64,000 nucleotides of DNA from a virus. The translations under genes were made by a program, and so were the position numbers. Each line of letters opens with the position of its first letter. The first letter of the stretch is position 1. The stretch lies in IMG/VR virus record IMGVR_UViG_3300047160_003799. The stretch is one strand, 5' to 3'. This document shows, piece by piece, positions 17,796 to 27,613 of the stretch. Under the pieces are notes generated by a model that did no database searches, was not told the origin of the DNA, and was given only the letters and a program-made list of their open reading frames with translations.

Positions 17796-18026
17796 GTGTG
17801 GCTAATGGCTAACCAGCTTCCCCCTGATTTCGGAAAGAAGACGCAAAAAGACATCGCCAAGTCTCGAAACCAGAGATGGTTCGAGGTCAGGATCGAAGGC
17901 GACACGAAGTCGCCTCCAGAGCGACAGAACCTATTTCACATATCTGGAGCATTGCCAGACGATATCTACACAGAGCTGATGGCCTTCTTAGGTCAGCGAC
18001 TCAGTGCTGGCAGGCTCGGCAAGTAG
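17796..18026 (+). CDS. hypothetical protein (76 aa)
   Basis: ORF track. Confidence 0.4.
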   Translation: MWLMANQLPPDFGKKTQKDIAKSRNQRWFEVRIEGDTKSPPERQNLFHISGALPDDIYTELMAFLGQRLSAGRLGK

Positions 18027-18038
18027 GGAGGCAAAGCC

Positions 18039-18521
18039 ATGGAACGCTCACTCAAAGGCACGCATCCGTGCCTCGCGAAGTATTCTCACCTCAAAGACGA
18101 CAATGTCTGGGGTTCCTTCGAGCGCAGGTTCAAAACCTACCGCGTCGATAGGGACATCGCAGAGGCAACCCTGGAACGGATCAAGGATGAGGAAGAGCTA
18201 GCTTATCTTCCTCAGCCCGCCCGTAGGGACTTCGAGCAGCCGATCCAGTACTTCCGCAACCTGGCTGGACTCAAGGGCGAAGTCTTCGTCATTGAGCAGC
18301 TCAACTTCGTCATCGCCAACAGGCTCTACGGCGAGCCTGTGGACGCTGAGGACTCCGACATTCCCTATGCTCCGCTCTCTGAGAAGGCGCTGAGGAGCAA
18401 GGGACGGCGTGCGGAGCGGAAGGCCAAGCGCGAGAAGAAGGGCCAGGCCAAGCCCTACCAGCCCCCGAAGGCGGGAGAAGTCCGACGCCGCGCCGAAGCG
18501 AAGGCCAAGGGCAATCGGTGA
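18039..18521 (+). CDS. hypothetical protein (160 aa) with basic C-terminal tail
   Basis: ORF track. Confidence 0.5.
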   Translation: MERSLKGTHPCLAKYSHLKDDNVWGSFERRFKTYRVDRDIAEATLERIKDEEELAYLPQPARRDFEQPIQYFRNLAGLKGEVFVIEQLNFVIANRLYGEPVDAEDSDIPYAPLSEKALRSKGRRAERKAKREKKGQAKPYQPPKAGEVRRRAEAKAKGNR

Positions 18522-18742
18522 GGCTCGTTCTAGGTAAGCGGCTGCATTACAACTCTGGCGGATCGCCTCTCTGCGGGGCCATCCGCCAGGGTGTTTTCGG
18601 CAAACAGAAGGTCAAGCTATCGCCGCTCGATACCCCTGATAAGGGCGTGAATTGTAAGCGGTGCCTGGAGAAACTGCGGAAGGGTCACGATGAGCACGTT
18701 CAAGGTGGAGGTGGTCAGAGTCGGACAGATAGTTCGCCATGA
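18518..18742 (+). CDS. possible small Zn-ribbon protein (74 aa); overlaps RNA ligase start by 53 nt
   Basis: ORF track; CGAIRQG...CKRC. Confidence 0.3.
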   Translation: MRLVLGKRLHYNSGGSPLCGAIRQGVFGKQKVKLSPLDTPDKGVNCKRCLEKLRKGHDEHVQGGGGQSRTDSSP

Positions 18743-19697
18743 AAACTCTGACTTTGGCCTTGGTCAAACCAGGGTAAAAGGCTACACGTTCATCGTCAAC
18801 ACGAACGATACGAAAGAGGACGACCTTCGAGCCTGTGTCCCGCTGGATGCTCACGTCCCTCTCGATAGCCCGCTCTTCGCGTTCCTTCGAGACAAGAACT
18901 ACAAGCCTGGCGACAGGCACCGTGTCAGGGCGAAGAAGCTGAGGGGCATCTTCTCCTACGGGATCCTTATCGCCGCACCAGAGGGCTCCCGCGAGGGCCA
19001 GGACGTAGCTGAGCAGCTCGGTATCATCAAGTATGAGCCCCCGCCCCCGAAGAGCCCTGACAACATCGTTGACCCTGGCTTCATCGTCACCTACACGAAC
19101 ATCGAGACGCTTAGGGCCTATCCCGATATGCTCAAGCCCGATGAGGAAGTCGTGGTCACGGAGAAGATCCACGGAGAGAACGCCCGCTTCGTCTACTCGA
19201 AGGGGCAGCTCTGGTGTGGCTCTCACACCAACATCAAGGCTGACCACCCCGATAGCGGCTGGTGGAACGCTGCGCGCCGTTACAAGCTGGAGGAGAAGCT
19301 TAAGGAGATCCCTGGCTTCATCATCTTCGGTGAGGTATTCGGCAAGAACAAGCACATGCGCTACGGCGAGAAGGGCAAGGCCAGGGGAGACCTGTTCCAA
19401 GCTTTCGATGTCTTCAACATCGGGCTTGGTCAGTTCCTCGACCACCAGCACGCGAAGAACATGGTGGAGAGCCTTGGGTTGGATTTCGTGCCAGAACTCT
19501 ATCGTGGCCCCTACAGCTTCGCTAAAATGGAGGAGCTTGCAGAGGGCCGAAGTCAGGTCCAAGGAGCAAACCATATCCGTGAGGGAATCGTCATCAAGCC
19601 GCTCAGAGAGCGATTCGATGACCGCGTAGGACGTGTCATCCTCAAGATGCACTCCCAGGCGTATCTGCTCAAGGATTGGGATAGCGGAGAACACTAG
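18690..19697 (+). CDS. RNA ligase (Rnl2-like nucleotidyltransferase) with ~110-aa N-terminal extension
   Basis: Motif I EKIHGENARFVY matches T4 Rnl2 EKIHGTNFSI (K-x-H-G adenylylation lysine); downstream FGEVFG and KMHSQAYL-type motifs consistent with ligase motifs IV/V. Confidence 0.65.
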   Translation: MSTFKVEVVRVGQIVRHENSDFGLGQTRVKGYTFIVNTNDTKEDDLRACVPLDAHVPLDSPLFAFLRDKNYKPGDRHRVRAKKLRGIFSYGILIAAPEGSREGQDVAEQLGIIKYEPPPPKSPDNIVDPGFIVTYTNIETLRAYPDMLKPDEEVVVTEKIHGENARFVYSKGQLWCGSHTNIKADHPDSGWWNAARRYKLEEKLKEIPGFIIFGEVFGKNKHMRYGEKGKARGDLFQAFDVFNIGLGQFLDHQHAKNMVESLGLDFVPELYRGPYSFAKMEELAEGRSQVQGANHIREGIVIKPLRERFDDRVGRVILKMHSQAYLLKDWDSGEH

Positions 19698-19699
19698 CC

Positions 19700-20026
19700 A
19701 TGACTCTCAAGACTAAGCTCCCCGAAGGCGCTCGCCTTCCAAAATTCTTTCCCAAGCTGATCGACAAGAACATCTTCTACTTCGATACGTGGAAAGATGG
19801 GTTCAAGGAGCGGCTCATCAGGTTCTACGGCTTCGATGAAGCCTCTGCGGAGAGCTACTTCAACGAGGTCCGTGAGGCTCTCGCTGGCAAGCGAAAGACT
19901 GACGGTATGCCCTCGATGTTCTTCCCAGAGGACGATGAGGAAGGGATCTGGTACGGGCGGGTGGCGGCAGCTCTACCTTCCGATCCAGCGATGGACCTGA
20001 TAGGGGAGATCGAAATCGAACCATAA
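19700..20026 (+). CDS. hypothetical protein (108 aa)
   Basis: ORF track. Confidence 0.5.
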   Translation: MTLKTKLPEGARLPKFFPKLIDKNIFYFDTWKDGFKERLIRFYGFDEASAESYFNEVREALAGKRKTDGMPSMFFPEDDEEGIWYGRVAAALPSDPAMDLIGEIEIEP

Positions 20027-20065
20027 ATCTCCGTCTCTAGTGAGTAGCTAGAAACGGAGAATACA

Positions 20066-20806
20066 GTGCGATGGTTATTTAAGTCGCTGGCGCTTGCGCT
20101 CGTTGTTAGTATTTTCAACGTGATGGCGCTAGTCGCGCTCATTGAACTAGCACCACACCACCTTCCAGTTTTACCGAGCCAAGAAGCTAACTTCTTTGTC
20201 CCACCTACCTTCAAGAAAGCAACACCACACGACTTCCTGACAGATGATGTCTACAAAGACCTGGTCATCGAAGTTGTCTTCATGACTGGCGCACCGCCTG
20301 ATAAGGAAGCTCTTGACTACCTGGTGGACAACGTTCTCAAGCTTTGTCACAAGGATAGAGTCGATCTCATCATCCATCCTATCGGGCCACAACAGATCGT
20401 CATCCCGATGCTATGGAGCCCGTCGCTGCTAGATTACTTCGAGCAACAAACCCGCGTCTTCCACACTACAACGAAAAAGCTAGCGCTCTACATTGCCTAT
20501 CTTCCAGGGATGGCGGCTCCTCCTGATAGCTGGGCTGGTATAACGATACATAGCGACTCTTTCTTCATCGCCCGCTGGGCTGTCGAACAAGGAATGGAGG
20601 AGAGAGCTACCCTAATGCACGAGTTCGGCCACATACTTGGGCTCGTCAACGTTGGAACACCTATGGGGTTTCAGCACAACGATACAGAACATCCGCCTCA
20701 TTGCACAGGTCATTGCTGTATGTGGTGGCAAACCGATGGGGAGGCCCAATCAGACGAATTCGATGCGATGTGTCTCTTCGATCTTCATCAAGCTGGAGGC
20801 CGCTGA
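20066..20806 (+). CDS. membrane-anchored zincin-like metallopeptidase (HEFGHILGL)
   Basis: N-terminal TM (LALALVVSIFNVMALVALI) and HExxHxxG motif MHEFGHILGLVN; Cys-rich C-terminus HCTGHCCMWW. Confidence 0.6.
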   Translation: MRWLFKSLALALVVSIFNVMALVALIELAPHHLPVLPSQEANFFVPPTFKKATPHDFLTDDVYKDLVIEVVFMTGAPPDKEALDYLVDNVLKLCHKDRVDLIIHPIGPQQIVIPMLWSPSLLDYFEQQTRVFHTTTKKLALYIAYLPGMAAPPDSWAGITIHSDSFFIARWAVEQGMEERATLMHEFGHILGLVNVGTPMGFQHNDTEHPPHCTGHCCMWWQTDGEAQSDEFDAMCLFDLHQAGGR

Positions 20807-20808
20807 GA

Positions 20809-21147
20809 ATGGCTGACGATTCTGAGACGCTGGACACGCAAACGAAGGCTCGTGACGACCTTATGAAGAAGGTCCGCGAAATCTCAGAAAACATCTATAC
20901 CTCTAGCTGGAAACCTGGTATAGAGTTTGACCTCTGGGAAAACCTGCATGACAAGCGCTACAAGGTCGGGGGTGAGCGAATCGCCCAGACAGACCGCGTT
21001 ACCCTCGTCATGCTCGCTCAGGAGGCGGGTGGCTGGGTCATAGCCGAGAATGAGGAAGAGCCCCACTTCATCGAGGGTGATGACTGGCTCAAGAAGTTCC
21101 AGAACTGGAAGTACCTTGGCACCAACTCTGACTTCGATCTGCTGTGA
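20809..21147 (+). CDS. hypothetical protein (112 aa)
   Basis: ATG 20809 in frame of ORF 20701..21147. Confidence 0.5.
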   Translation: MADDSETLDTQTKARDDLMKKVREISENIYTSSWKPGIEFDLWENLHDKRYKVGGERIAQTDRVTLVMLAQEAGGWVIAENEEEPHFIEGDDWLKKFQNWKYLGTNSDFDLL

Positions 21148-21395
21148 TGGAGTATCTGTATGAGGCAGTTCTTGGTGGATCTCGCTGGCAATACTCAGCG
21201 TTGTAACTGCTGTCCTAGCAAAAAAGGTCGGCGGGTCTCCTCCACGCGGGAGGAGACGCAAGCGTCGTGGGTGGGTGCCGCGTTCGACGTAGACTTTCCC
21301 CGCCGACTTCCAATTGATCTTTTGGAGGTGTGCGCAGCGTTCGTGGTAGGCTTTGCGCTCGGACTCCTGCTCATACCACCGAAGAGGGAAACACA

Positions 21396-21800
21396 ATGAT
21401 CGTAGGCCCAGACGGACGACCAATCATCAACATGGACGACAAGGAGGAACGGACCAAGTTCCTCCTTCGTGCAATCGGGCAGCTCGTTGCTACTGGATTG
21501 AGTAACCTGGCAAACCAGGGTCTAGAGCCTCCACAAGTCGTCACAATCGTGATAGACGGAGCTAGGATCCACCTGGCATCGAATCCAGAGATCGCTCGCC
21601 AGCTTGCGCAAGACGATGCACACTGTCCGAGCTGTGGAAGGCCACAGGAAAAGAAGCTCCAGGTTCCAGAAGATCAGCAGAAGGCTGAGGAGCCGAAGCC
21701 CACGAAGAGAGGGCGGAAGATTGACCTGCAGGCAAAGGACTCCATCGAGGACAAGGAAGAACCTTCAACGCACAAGATCCTCAAGTTCCCAGAACAGTAG
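21396..21800 (+). CDS. hypothetical protein (134 aa)
   Basis: ATG 21396 in frame of ORF 21330..21800. Confidence 0.45.
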   Translation: MIVGPDGRPIINMDDKEERTKFLLRAIGQLVATGLSNLANQGLEPPQVVTIVIDGARIHLASNPEIARQLAQDDAHCPSCGRPQEKKLQVPEDQQKAEEPKPTKRGRKIDLQAKDSIEDKEEPSTHKILKFPEQ

Positions 21801-21810
21801 GATAGGGTGA

Positions 21811-22086
21811 ATGGTAGCTGAAAAAGGGCTCGTCTGCCCAGGATGTGACGGACCTGTCTTCCGTGACCTGCGGTTCACAATGCACTTGCCTGGGCGCCGT
21901 CTTAGGGTATACCTCTACGCCTACTGCTGTGCAGGTCCCAATTTCGGATGTGGAACGCTAGCCCACATCGAGATCAGAGGGAGGGCTCCTTCCGCGAAGA
22001 GGATTCAAGACGAGATTGACAAGCAGTACGCCAACATCGTCGCCCGCAAGCTGGAGGCAGCAGATGACGCACAGATGGGACACTGA
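21811..22086 (+). CDS. hypothetical Cys-rich protein (91 aa)
   Basis: ORF track. Confidence 0.45.
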   Translation: MVAEKGLVCPGCDGPVFRDLRFTMHLPGRRLRVYLYAYCCAGPNFGCGTLAHIEIRGRAPSAKRIQDEIDKQYANIVARKLEAADDAQMGH

Positions 22087-22243
22087 CAAGTACCACTACA
22101 TTCTGAAACGAACGACGGAGCGCTGCTTGGACTGTGGGAAAGTCCGTCAGTGGGTTGCTAGCGATGCTCCAGAGCAACGGCCATTCGAGGCAGAAGTCTG
22201 CCCTGGTCCGAAGCCGAAGGTGAAAGAAAAGAGAGTGAAATGA
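22067..22243 (+). CDS. small Zn-ribbon protein (58 aa)
   Basis: ATG 22067 in frame of ORF 22016..22243; CLDCGK...C. Confidence 0.4.
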   Translation, partial: THRWDTDKYHYILKRTTERCLDCGKVRQWVASDAPEQRPFEAEVCPGPKPKVKEKRVK

Positions 22244-22512
22244 ACTTCATAGCAGCTATGAAGGCTGTGAAGAAGGAGAAATTCGTCAAACGTCCCTGGC
22301 CTGACTTTGACCCAGAGACACACATAGGAGAGGATAAGGACGGCCTCTTTGAACGGATCGGATTCTCACCTCCAGTCGTTACTTTCGATCCTATGTTCAC
22401 GACAGAAGACTACACAGCGGAAGACTGGAAAGTCATTCCGAAGATCAAGTTCTCGAAGGCTTATTTCATGCTGCTCTCAAGGAGAAAGCGGACCTGTGCA
22501 TCAAAGCGATGA
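22240..22512 (+). CDS. hypothetical protein (90 aa)
   Basis: ORF track. Confidence 0.45.
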   Translation: MNFIAAMKAVKKEKFVKRPWPDFDPETHIGEDKDGLFERIGFSPPVVTFDPMFTTEDYTAEDWKVIPKIKFSKAYFMLLSRRKRTCASKR

Positions 22513-23368
22513 CATCACCAAGGGCCAAATTGCAACTGGATGTGGGCTAGCTCTGTTCCTTATCTTCCTCATCGTTGGGTTCGAGAGCTACAAGATCGTG
22601 CCACCTGGCGCCGTTGGAATTCAAGCGACGTTCGGCTCGGTGAGCGACACGACCCTCCAGCCAGGGCTCAGCTTCATCAATCCGCTCAGCGGTGTCACCA
22701 TCATGACGACGCAGATCCAGAAGCACGAAGCTAGCTATGGTGGTGCTTCCAAGGATATGCAAGCCGTTCACGTCAAGATGATCATGAACTATAAGCTGGA
22801 CGGTACAAAGGCCATCGATGTCTATAAGACCATCGGTCAGGAATACGAGAACACGATCATAGACCCTGCTGCGAACGAAGTGCTCAGGGCTATTCTCGCC
22901 AAGCACCAGGCAAGCGATATCCTCTGGCATCGGTCAGAAATCAAAACCGACGTGCAGACCACGCTGGAGAAGTGGCTAGGCAAGTACGGCATCCACCTCT
23001 CTGAGATCGCGCTCTCTGAGATCAAGTTCGACCCTGCTTACGAGCACGCTATCGAGCAGAAGCAGGTGCAAGAGCAGCTCGCGCAGCAGAAGGTCTACGA
23101 GCTGGAGCAAGCGCAGAAGCAAGCTGAGATCCGTGCAGCTCAAGCAAAGGGCGAGGGTGACGCGGCCATCGCCAAGGCAAAGGGTGAAGCGGACGCTCTT
23201 AGGCTGCGTGGTGACGCGGAGGCAGCTTACAACCAGCAGGTCTCCAAGTCTCTCAGTCCAGTCCTGATCCAGCAACAGTACCTCAAGACCTGGGACGGGA
23301 AGCTGCCGAAGATCATGACGGGTGACAAGAGCGGAACGACGCTCATGTTTCCAGTAGATGAGAAGTGA
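22496..23368 (+). CDS. SPFH/Band-7 (prohibitin/HflC-like) membrane protein
   Basis: GTG 22496 in frame of ORF 22349..23368; N-terminal TM then SPFH core and Ala/Gln/Glu-rich coiled coil EQKQVQEQLAQQKVYELEQAQKQAEIRAAQAKGEGDAAIAKAKGEADA typical of HflK/C-like proteins. Confidence 0.7.
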   Translation: MHQSDDITKGQIATGCGLALFLIFLIVGFESYKIVPPGAVGIQATFGSVSDTTLQPGLSFINPLSGVTIMTTQIQKHEASYGGASKDMQAVHVKMIMNYKLDGTKAIDVYKTIGQEYENTIIDPAANEVLRAILAKHQASDILWHRSEIKTDVQTTLEKWLGKYGIHLSEIALSEIKFDPAYEHAIEQKQVQEQLAQQKVYELEQAQKQAEIRAAQAKGEGDAAIAKAKGEADALRLRGDAEAAYNQQVSKSLSPVLIQQQYLKTWDGKLPKIMTGDKSGTTLMFPVDEK

Positions 23369-23649
23369 AGCATCACAACTGGACAGATAGACGAACTGGT
23401 AGAGCTATTCCGCCTCCTATTGGTAAACGAATCGTGAAGCCCAAGCTTGTGCCTGAGCCTGGGCTCCGCGATCTCCGTACCTGCTTCCGCTGCTCTGCAC
23501 AGGCTCAAGCATTGGTAGAGGTTGAAACCTCAAGCGGAAGAACCACCTTTCCGTTCTGTAAGACTCACTTAGACACCTATCGGCTCGAACAGAAGGAACA
23601 GGGTAGGGAAGTGAAAATAACACTTTTTTCGAGGTTGCCGAAGCTCTGA
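23365..23649 (+). CDS. small Zn-finger protein (94 aa)
   Basis: ORF track; CFRC...CKTH. Confidence 0.45.
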   Translation: MKHHNWTDRRTGRAIPPPIGKRIVKPKLVPEPGLRDLRTCFRCSAQAQALVEVETSSGRTTFPFCKTHLDTYRLEQKEQGREVKITLFSRLPKL

Positions 23650-23751
23650 TGTCGGCGGTAACTGGTAGACTACTGGCGTTGCCTACACGGGCTATATTGC
23701 GCATTGTGCGCAGTACCCTCAATTTAGGCAACATTCTACGAAGGAACCCTA

Positions 23752-25130
23752 TGAGCAACACAGAGAACATCGAAGTCGTAATCTCATTCGACACCACAGG
23801 CTCAATGTATCCCGTCCTCACGCAAGTCCGACGCAATGTGGAAGACGTTGTCAACCGCCTCTTCCGCGAGATCCCCAACATCCGTATCGGCGTCATTACG
23901 CATGGATGCGCCCACGACGGTCCTCCTCGCTATCAGGACTTGACAGACAACCGCAATTCCCTCATCGACTTTATCCGCAACGTCCCTGCCACGGGCGGCG
24001 GTGGAGCGCACGCTTCCTACGAGCTGGTGCTCCAGAAGGTTCGCTCGTTCGCCTGGACGCTTGGCAAGAGCCGCGCGCTCATCATGATCGGTGACGAGCC
24101 GCCCCACGAGCCTCATGGCCTTTTCGGCAGGCGTGCAGAGACAGGCGATGACATTCCTAACTGGCGTGAGCAGCTCGATGCCCTTGCCAGGGATAGTGTC
24201 CACGTCTACGGTGTCCAGGCGCTCAACAACTCCTATGCAGAGGACTTCTATCACGCTCTTGCACAGGTGTCAGGCGGCGCCTACATGCGCCTCAACCAGT
24301 TCGCCTCTGCAGTGGACTTCATCCTCGCCATCGCGTTCCGCCAGATCTCTCCTGAGCGCCTCAAGACGTTCGAGGAAGAGGTCGTTCGCGAAGGTCGCTT
24401 TGACCGCAGCTACGACGAGATGTTCTCGGCGCTCGACCCCACGCGCGCCAGGAAGGTCGCGAAGAAGCTTGGCCTCACGCCTGTCCCGAATGGTCGCTTC
24501 CAGATCATCGATGTGCCCGCTCAGAACGAGATCGAGCGCCTCAATCGAGCTGGAAAGACCGCTCTTGCGGATCGCATCACGATCATGGAGCTGGTGGAAA
24601 GCCTTGGTATCCCCTTCAAGGAGGGCAATGGCTTCTACGAGTTCAACAAGCGTGAGGAGATCCAGTGGTACAAGGAAGTCGTCGTGCAGGATCGTACCAC
24701 GGGCGATCTCTACAGCGGAGACGCAGCTCGTGATATGGTTGCGCTTCCGAAGTCCTCGTCTCACGTCAACGCGACGATCAAGCCTGAGAAGTTCGGTGAG
24801 TGGCGGGTGTTCGTGCAGAGCACAAGCAACAATCGCATCCTCGCCCGCTTCGACAAGGGCTTCCAGTTGCCGTCGAAGTTCCTCTACGACGTGAGCGGCG
24901 ACTACAATCTGCCTATCAACGGCCCGCCGCAGGGCGTGTCGGCTGCGGACTTCTACGGCTCGAAGAGCAAGGGCACAAAGAAGAAGCCGACGACGAAGGC
25001 GAAGAAGCCCAAGGCCCCGCCCGTTGCTGTAACCCATCCCTCGTCGGGATTGGGGCAGCGGACGAAGGCCAAGGCAACGCGGGGAAACACCTCGCGCACC
25101 ACCAAGAAGGTGGGAACAAGGAGTAGATGA
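23752..25130 (+). CDS. von Willebrand factor A (vWA) domain protein with Lys-rich C-terminal tail
   Basis: ATG 23752; MIDAS motif ISFDTTGSM (DxSxS variant); C-terminus KSKGTKKKPTTKAKKPKAPP. Confidence 0.65.
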
Positions 25131-25352
25131 ATGGGAAATGGCTACGGCGATACGCCTATCACTGTGACTGTGCGCTCCAGCTACGGTTCCTCTGAGGTTC
25201 GGCTTCGCATCGGGAATCGGACGTTCGTTCTCGACCGCAATCTCGGAGAGAACCGCGCAGAGGCGCTTCGGAACCAGATCATCGACATCCTCAACGAAGG
25301 AACGTTCGAGGTGAAGTCGAAGGTCACAGTGACCGCTGACGACGATATCTGA
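25131..25352 (+). CDS. hypothetical protein (73 aa)
   Basis: ORF track. Confidence 0.45.
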   Translation: MGNGYGDTPITVTVRSSYGSSEVRLRIGNRTFVLDRNLGENRAEALRNQIIDILNEGTFEVKSKVTVTADDDI

Positions 25353-25383
25353 GCTGCTACTGCTGCTGAGTTCTGTATCGTGT

Positions 25384-25424
25384 GCCCCTGAGTGGGATAT
25401 CAGTCCTACTCAGGGGCGCGTTTA
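25384..25424 (+). terminator. intrinsic terminator (stem CCCCTGAGT...ACTCAGGGG followed by GCGTTTATT)
   Basis: Inverted repeat and T-tract read directly, 30 nt after stop of 25131..25352. Confidence 0.55.
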
Positions 25425-25460
25425 TTGATTATCAACACATTGATAATAAGGGGATTGATA
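25425..25460 (+). promoter_or_regulatory. AT-rich element with three TTGATAAT/ATTATCAA half-sites (candidate promoter/operator) upstream of gene 25461
   Basis: TTGATTATCAA palindrome plus ATTGATAAT twice, in an otherwise ~60% GC genome. Confidence 0.4.
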
Positions 25461-25907
25461 ATGAAGTGCCCTGGTTGCGGAAACGCGGACGCCTATGTCG
25501 GACTCCGTGATGTCAAGTGTGCTTCGCTTCTCTGTCGCTTCTTTGACAACGACTACGCGACGGAATACGCGGCAGAGCTTCTGGATAAGATCCCAGAGAT
25601 CGACCTACAGATCACGACTACAGAGGTCAAGCCAGCTTCGGAGCTACAGAGATACAGCTCTTCTGCTGGCTATCGCCAAGCAGCGGTAATACCACAAGCT
25701 GTTGAGGGGCAACAGTCCTTTACCATTGGAACGAGGTGGACACCGATCATGCTGGATCGAGTGTATCTTCTAGCCAATACGCTATCGTATCCTCCTCCAT
25801 TCATAGATGTCACGGATGTGCCTGGTGTCAGCTTCACTGTGACCTGGCTCGGTAGCTTCGACCTTACTCCAACCGATGACGTGATTATCGCCTGGTTCAC
25901 TGACTGA
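25461..25907 (+). CDS. hypothetical protein with N-terminal Zn-ribbon (CPGC...C)
   Basis: ATG 25461 in frame of ORF 25392..25907. Confidence 0.5.
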   Translation: MKCPGCGNADAYVGLRDVKCASLLCRFFDNDYATEYAAELLDKIPEIDLQITTTEVKPASELQRYSSSAGYRQAAVIPQAVEGQQSFTIGTRWTPIMLDRVYLLANTLSYPPPFIDVTDVPGVSFTVTWLGSFDLTPTDDVIIAWFTD

Positions 25908-26149
25908 TGGACACTGCACTGCGAGTTCGGACCATGCCGCTCCAAGGTGACACACTCAAGTTCCAGGGCGGGATGCTGGAGTACATGTACCTTGGTAGCT
26001 CGTGGAACGGCGACAAGTTCGTGCAACGCACGAAGCTGTGGCGCAACGGTGACAACTACAATACTGAGGTCACGCGGGAGCGCGTGGGCCTAACTGTATG
26101 GCAGGATCTCGTTCGGATGGCCTGCACAATTGAGGAAGGAAAAGAGTGA
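25907..26149 (+). CDS. hypothetical protein (80 aa)
   Basis: ORF track. Confidence 0.45.
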   Translation: MDTALRVRTMPLQGDTLKFQGGMLEYMYLGSSWNGDKFVQRTKLWRNGDNYNTEVTRERVGLTVWQDLVRMACTIEEGKE

Positions 26150-26463
26150 TGAACTGGCGCTACTACTATCGGACAGTCAAGGGCTGGTTCTGGCGTGAGA
26201 AGCCTGAGATCCGCTGGGCTGTCGATGGTGAGCATCGGGAGCTGGACGAAATCGTCGTGGACCAGCCACGCTACTTCCACCTGGAAATGATGGGTGACAA
26301 TCACTACTGGATGGCGATCTATCTAGCTGACAGACGAGCGATACACGTTGACATCGTCGCTACCAAGAAGACAGAGAAGGGACTCCCAATCGTCGTTGGG
26401 TCAGTCTGGACGGACGGGCCACCAGGGATGAAGCCAGTCAAGGAAGTCGAGCAAGGATGGTAG
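26146..26463 (+). CDS. hypothetical protein (105 aa)
   Basis: ORF track. Confidence 0.5.
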   Translation: MMNWRYYYRTVKGWFWREKPEIRWAVDGEHRELDEIVVDQPRYFHLEMMGDNHYWMAIYLADRRAIHVDIVATKKTEKGLPIVVGSVWTDGPPGMKPVKEVEQGW

Positions 26464-26645
26464 AGCTGAGCTGCTGGGAGGTCATGGGGGTTCCCATGAC
26501 GAAAGCTGAGTGTAAAGAGTGTGGCTCTACGGAGTCGTGCTACGGTCTGAATACCTACGCACGAGCTGAGAAGTGGAGCCAGGAGCATGTATGCACGCCT
26601 ACGCCAACGCACGAAGCGCCATTCGAGCTTCACAGGAGCGATTAG
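26457..26645 (+). CDS. possible small Zn-ribbon protein (62 aa); overlaps the next gene by 59 nt
   Basis: ORF track; CKECGSTESC. Confidence 0.3.
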   Translation: MVELSCWEVMGVPMTKAECKECGSTESCYGLNTYARAEKWSQEHVCTPTPTHEAPFELHRSD

Positions 26646-27204
26646 GCTCTACGACAACGTCCTCGCCTCAGATACCTGCAAGGCTATCATCGAGAAGTTC
26701 GAGCTTGACCCAAGGCAATACCAAGGGACTTTGTATCCGAACAAGATAAATCTGAAATTGAAACGCTGTACAGACCTAGCTGTATCTAGGCATGATGACT
26801 GGAAACCGCTGGACGAGGAGATCAAGAAGGCTGTCAACACTTCGCTTCACCTCTATGCTAAGGACGTTCCAGCCTTGAAGCGCCATCTCATGACAGAGGT
26901 GGCGCGCATCGATGACTCAGGGTATCAGCTACAGCGCTACTTGCCTAAGAAGAACGAAGGCTTCAACTGGCACATTGACGTGGGAGGATTGGGAAGCTGC
27001 GTCCGCTATCTTGCAATGATCCTCTACCTCAACACGGTCAAGAGGGGTGGCGAGACAGCATTCAAGCACCAAGGCTTGAAGATTAAGCCAAAGGAGGGGT
27101 CTATCCTGTGGTTCCCTCCCTATTGGGAATACATTCACTGTGGGCTATCACCTGTAAGTGGCCCAAAATACATCATAACGACGTTCCTCGAATACAAGGA
27201 GTGA
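26587..27204 (+). CDS. 2OG-Fe(II) oxygenase (prolyl-4-hydroxylase-like)
   Basis: WHIDVGG (HxD iron ligands), distal His in EYIHCG, RxS-like 2OG-binding region; IRLYDNVL N-terminal signature common in phage P4H-like proteins. Confidence 0.6.
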   Translation: MYARLRQRTKRHSSFTGAIRLYDNVLASDTCKAIIEKFELDPRQYQGTLYPNKINLKLKRCTDLAVSRHDDWKPLDEEIKKAVNTSLHLYAKDVPALKRHLMTEVARIDDSGYQLQRYLPKKNEGFNWHIDVGGLGSCVRYLAMILYLNTVKRGGETAFKHQGLKIKPKEGSILWFPPYWEYIHCGLSPVSGPKYIITTFLEYKE

Positions 27205-27205
27205 T

Positions 27206-27595
27206 ATGGACATCGAGAAAAAGCGCTATCCTGGCTATTACTCAGTGATACAGTACATGCCTGACCAGGGGCGAAGGGAAGGCGTAAACGTCGGGCTTGT
27301 GCTCTTACGAGAGGATCCCTACTTCTTCAACACACGGATGAATGGAGATAACTCCCGTGCCAAGCGCTTCTTCCCAGGCGTTGACGTTTTTCACCTTGAC
27401 ATGGCGAAGGCATCTTTCTATAACGCTCTAGAGAGACTCAACAAGGAATACGGCCCGCTCGTGAGAGCGTCTCTACAGATGGAGCTACATCGAAGGTCTG
27501 CGAACACGCTAGTAGCTGTAGAGCTAAGAGCCTGTGCGTTGGACGAGGATGCCTTTCCTGAGTACGAGGAGATGTTCAAAGAGCTGGTGCTCTGA
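27206..27595 (+). CDS. hypothetical protein (129 aa)
   Basis: ORF track. Confidence 0.5.
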   Translation: MDIEKKRYPGYYSVIQYMPDQGRREGVNVGLVLLREDPYFFNTRMNGDNSRAKRFFPGVDVFHLDMAKASFYNALERLNKEYGPLVRASLQMELHRRSANTLVAVELRACALDEDAFPEYEEMFKELVL

Positions 27596-27613
27596 CTCGT
27601 ATCTACATTTCTA

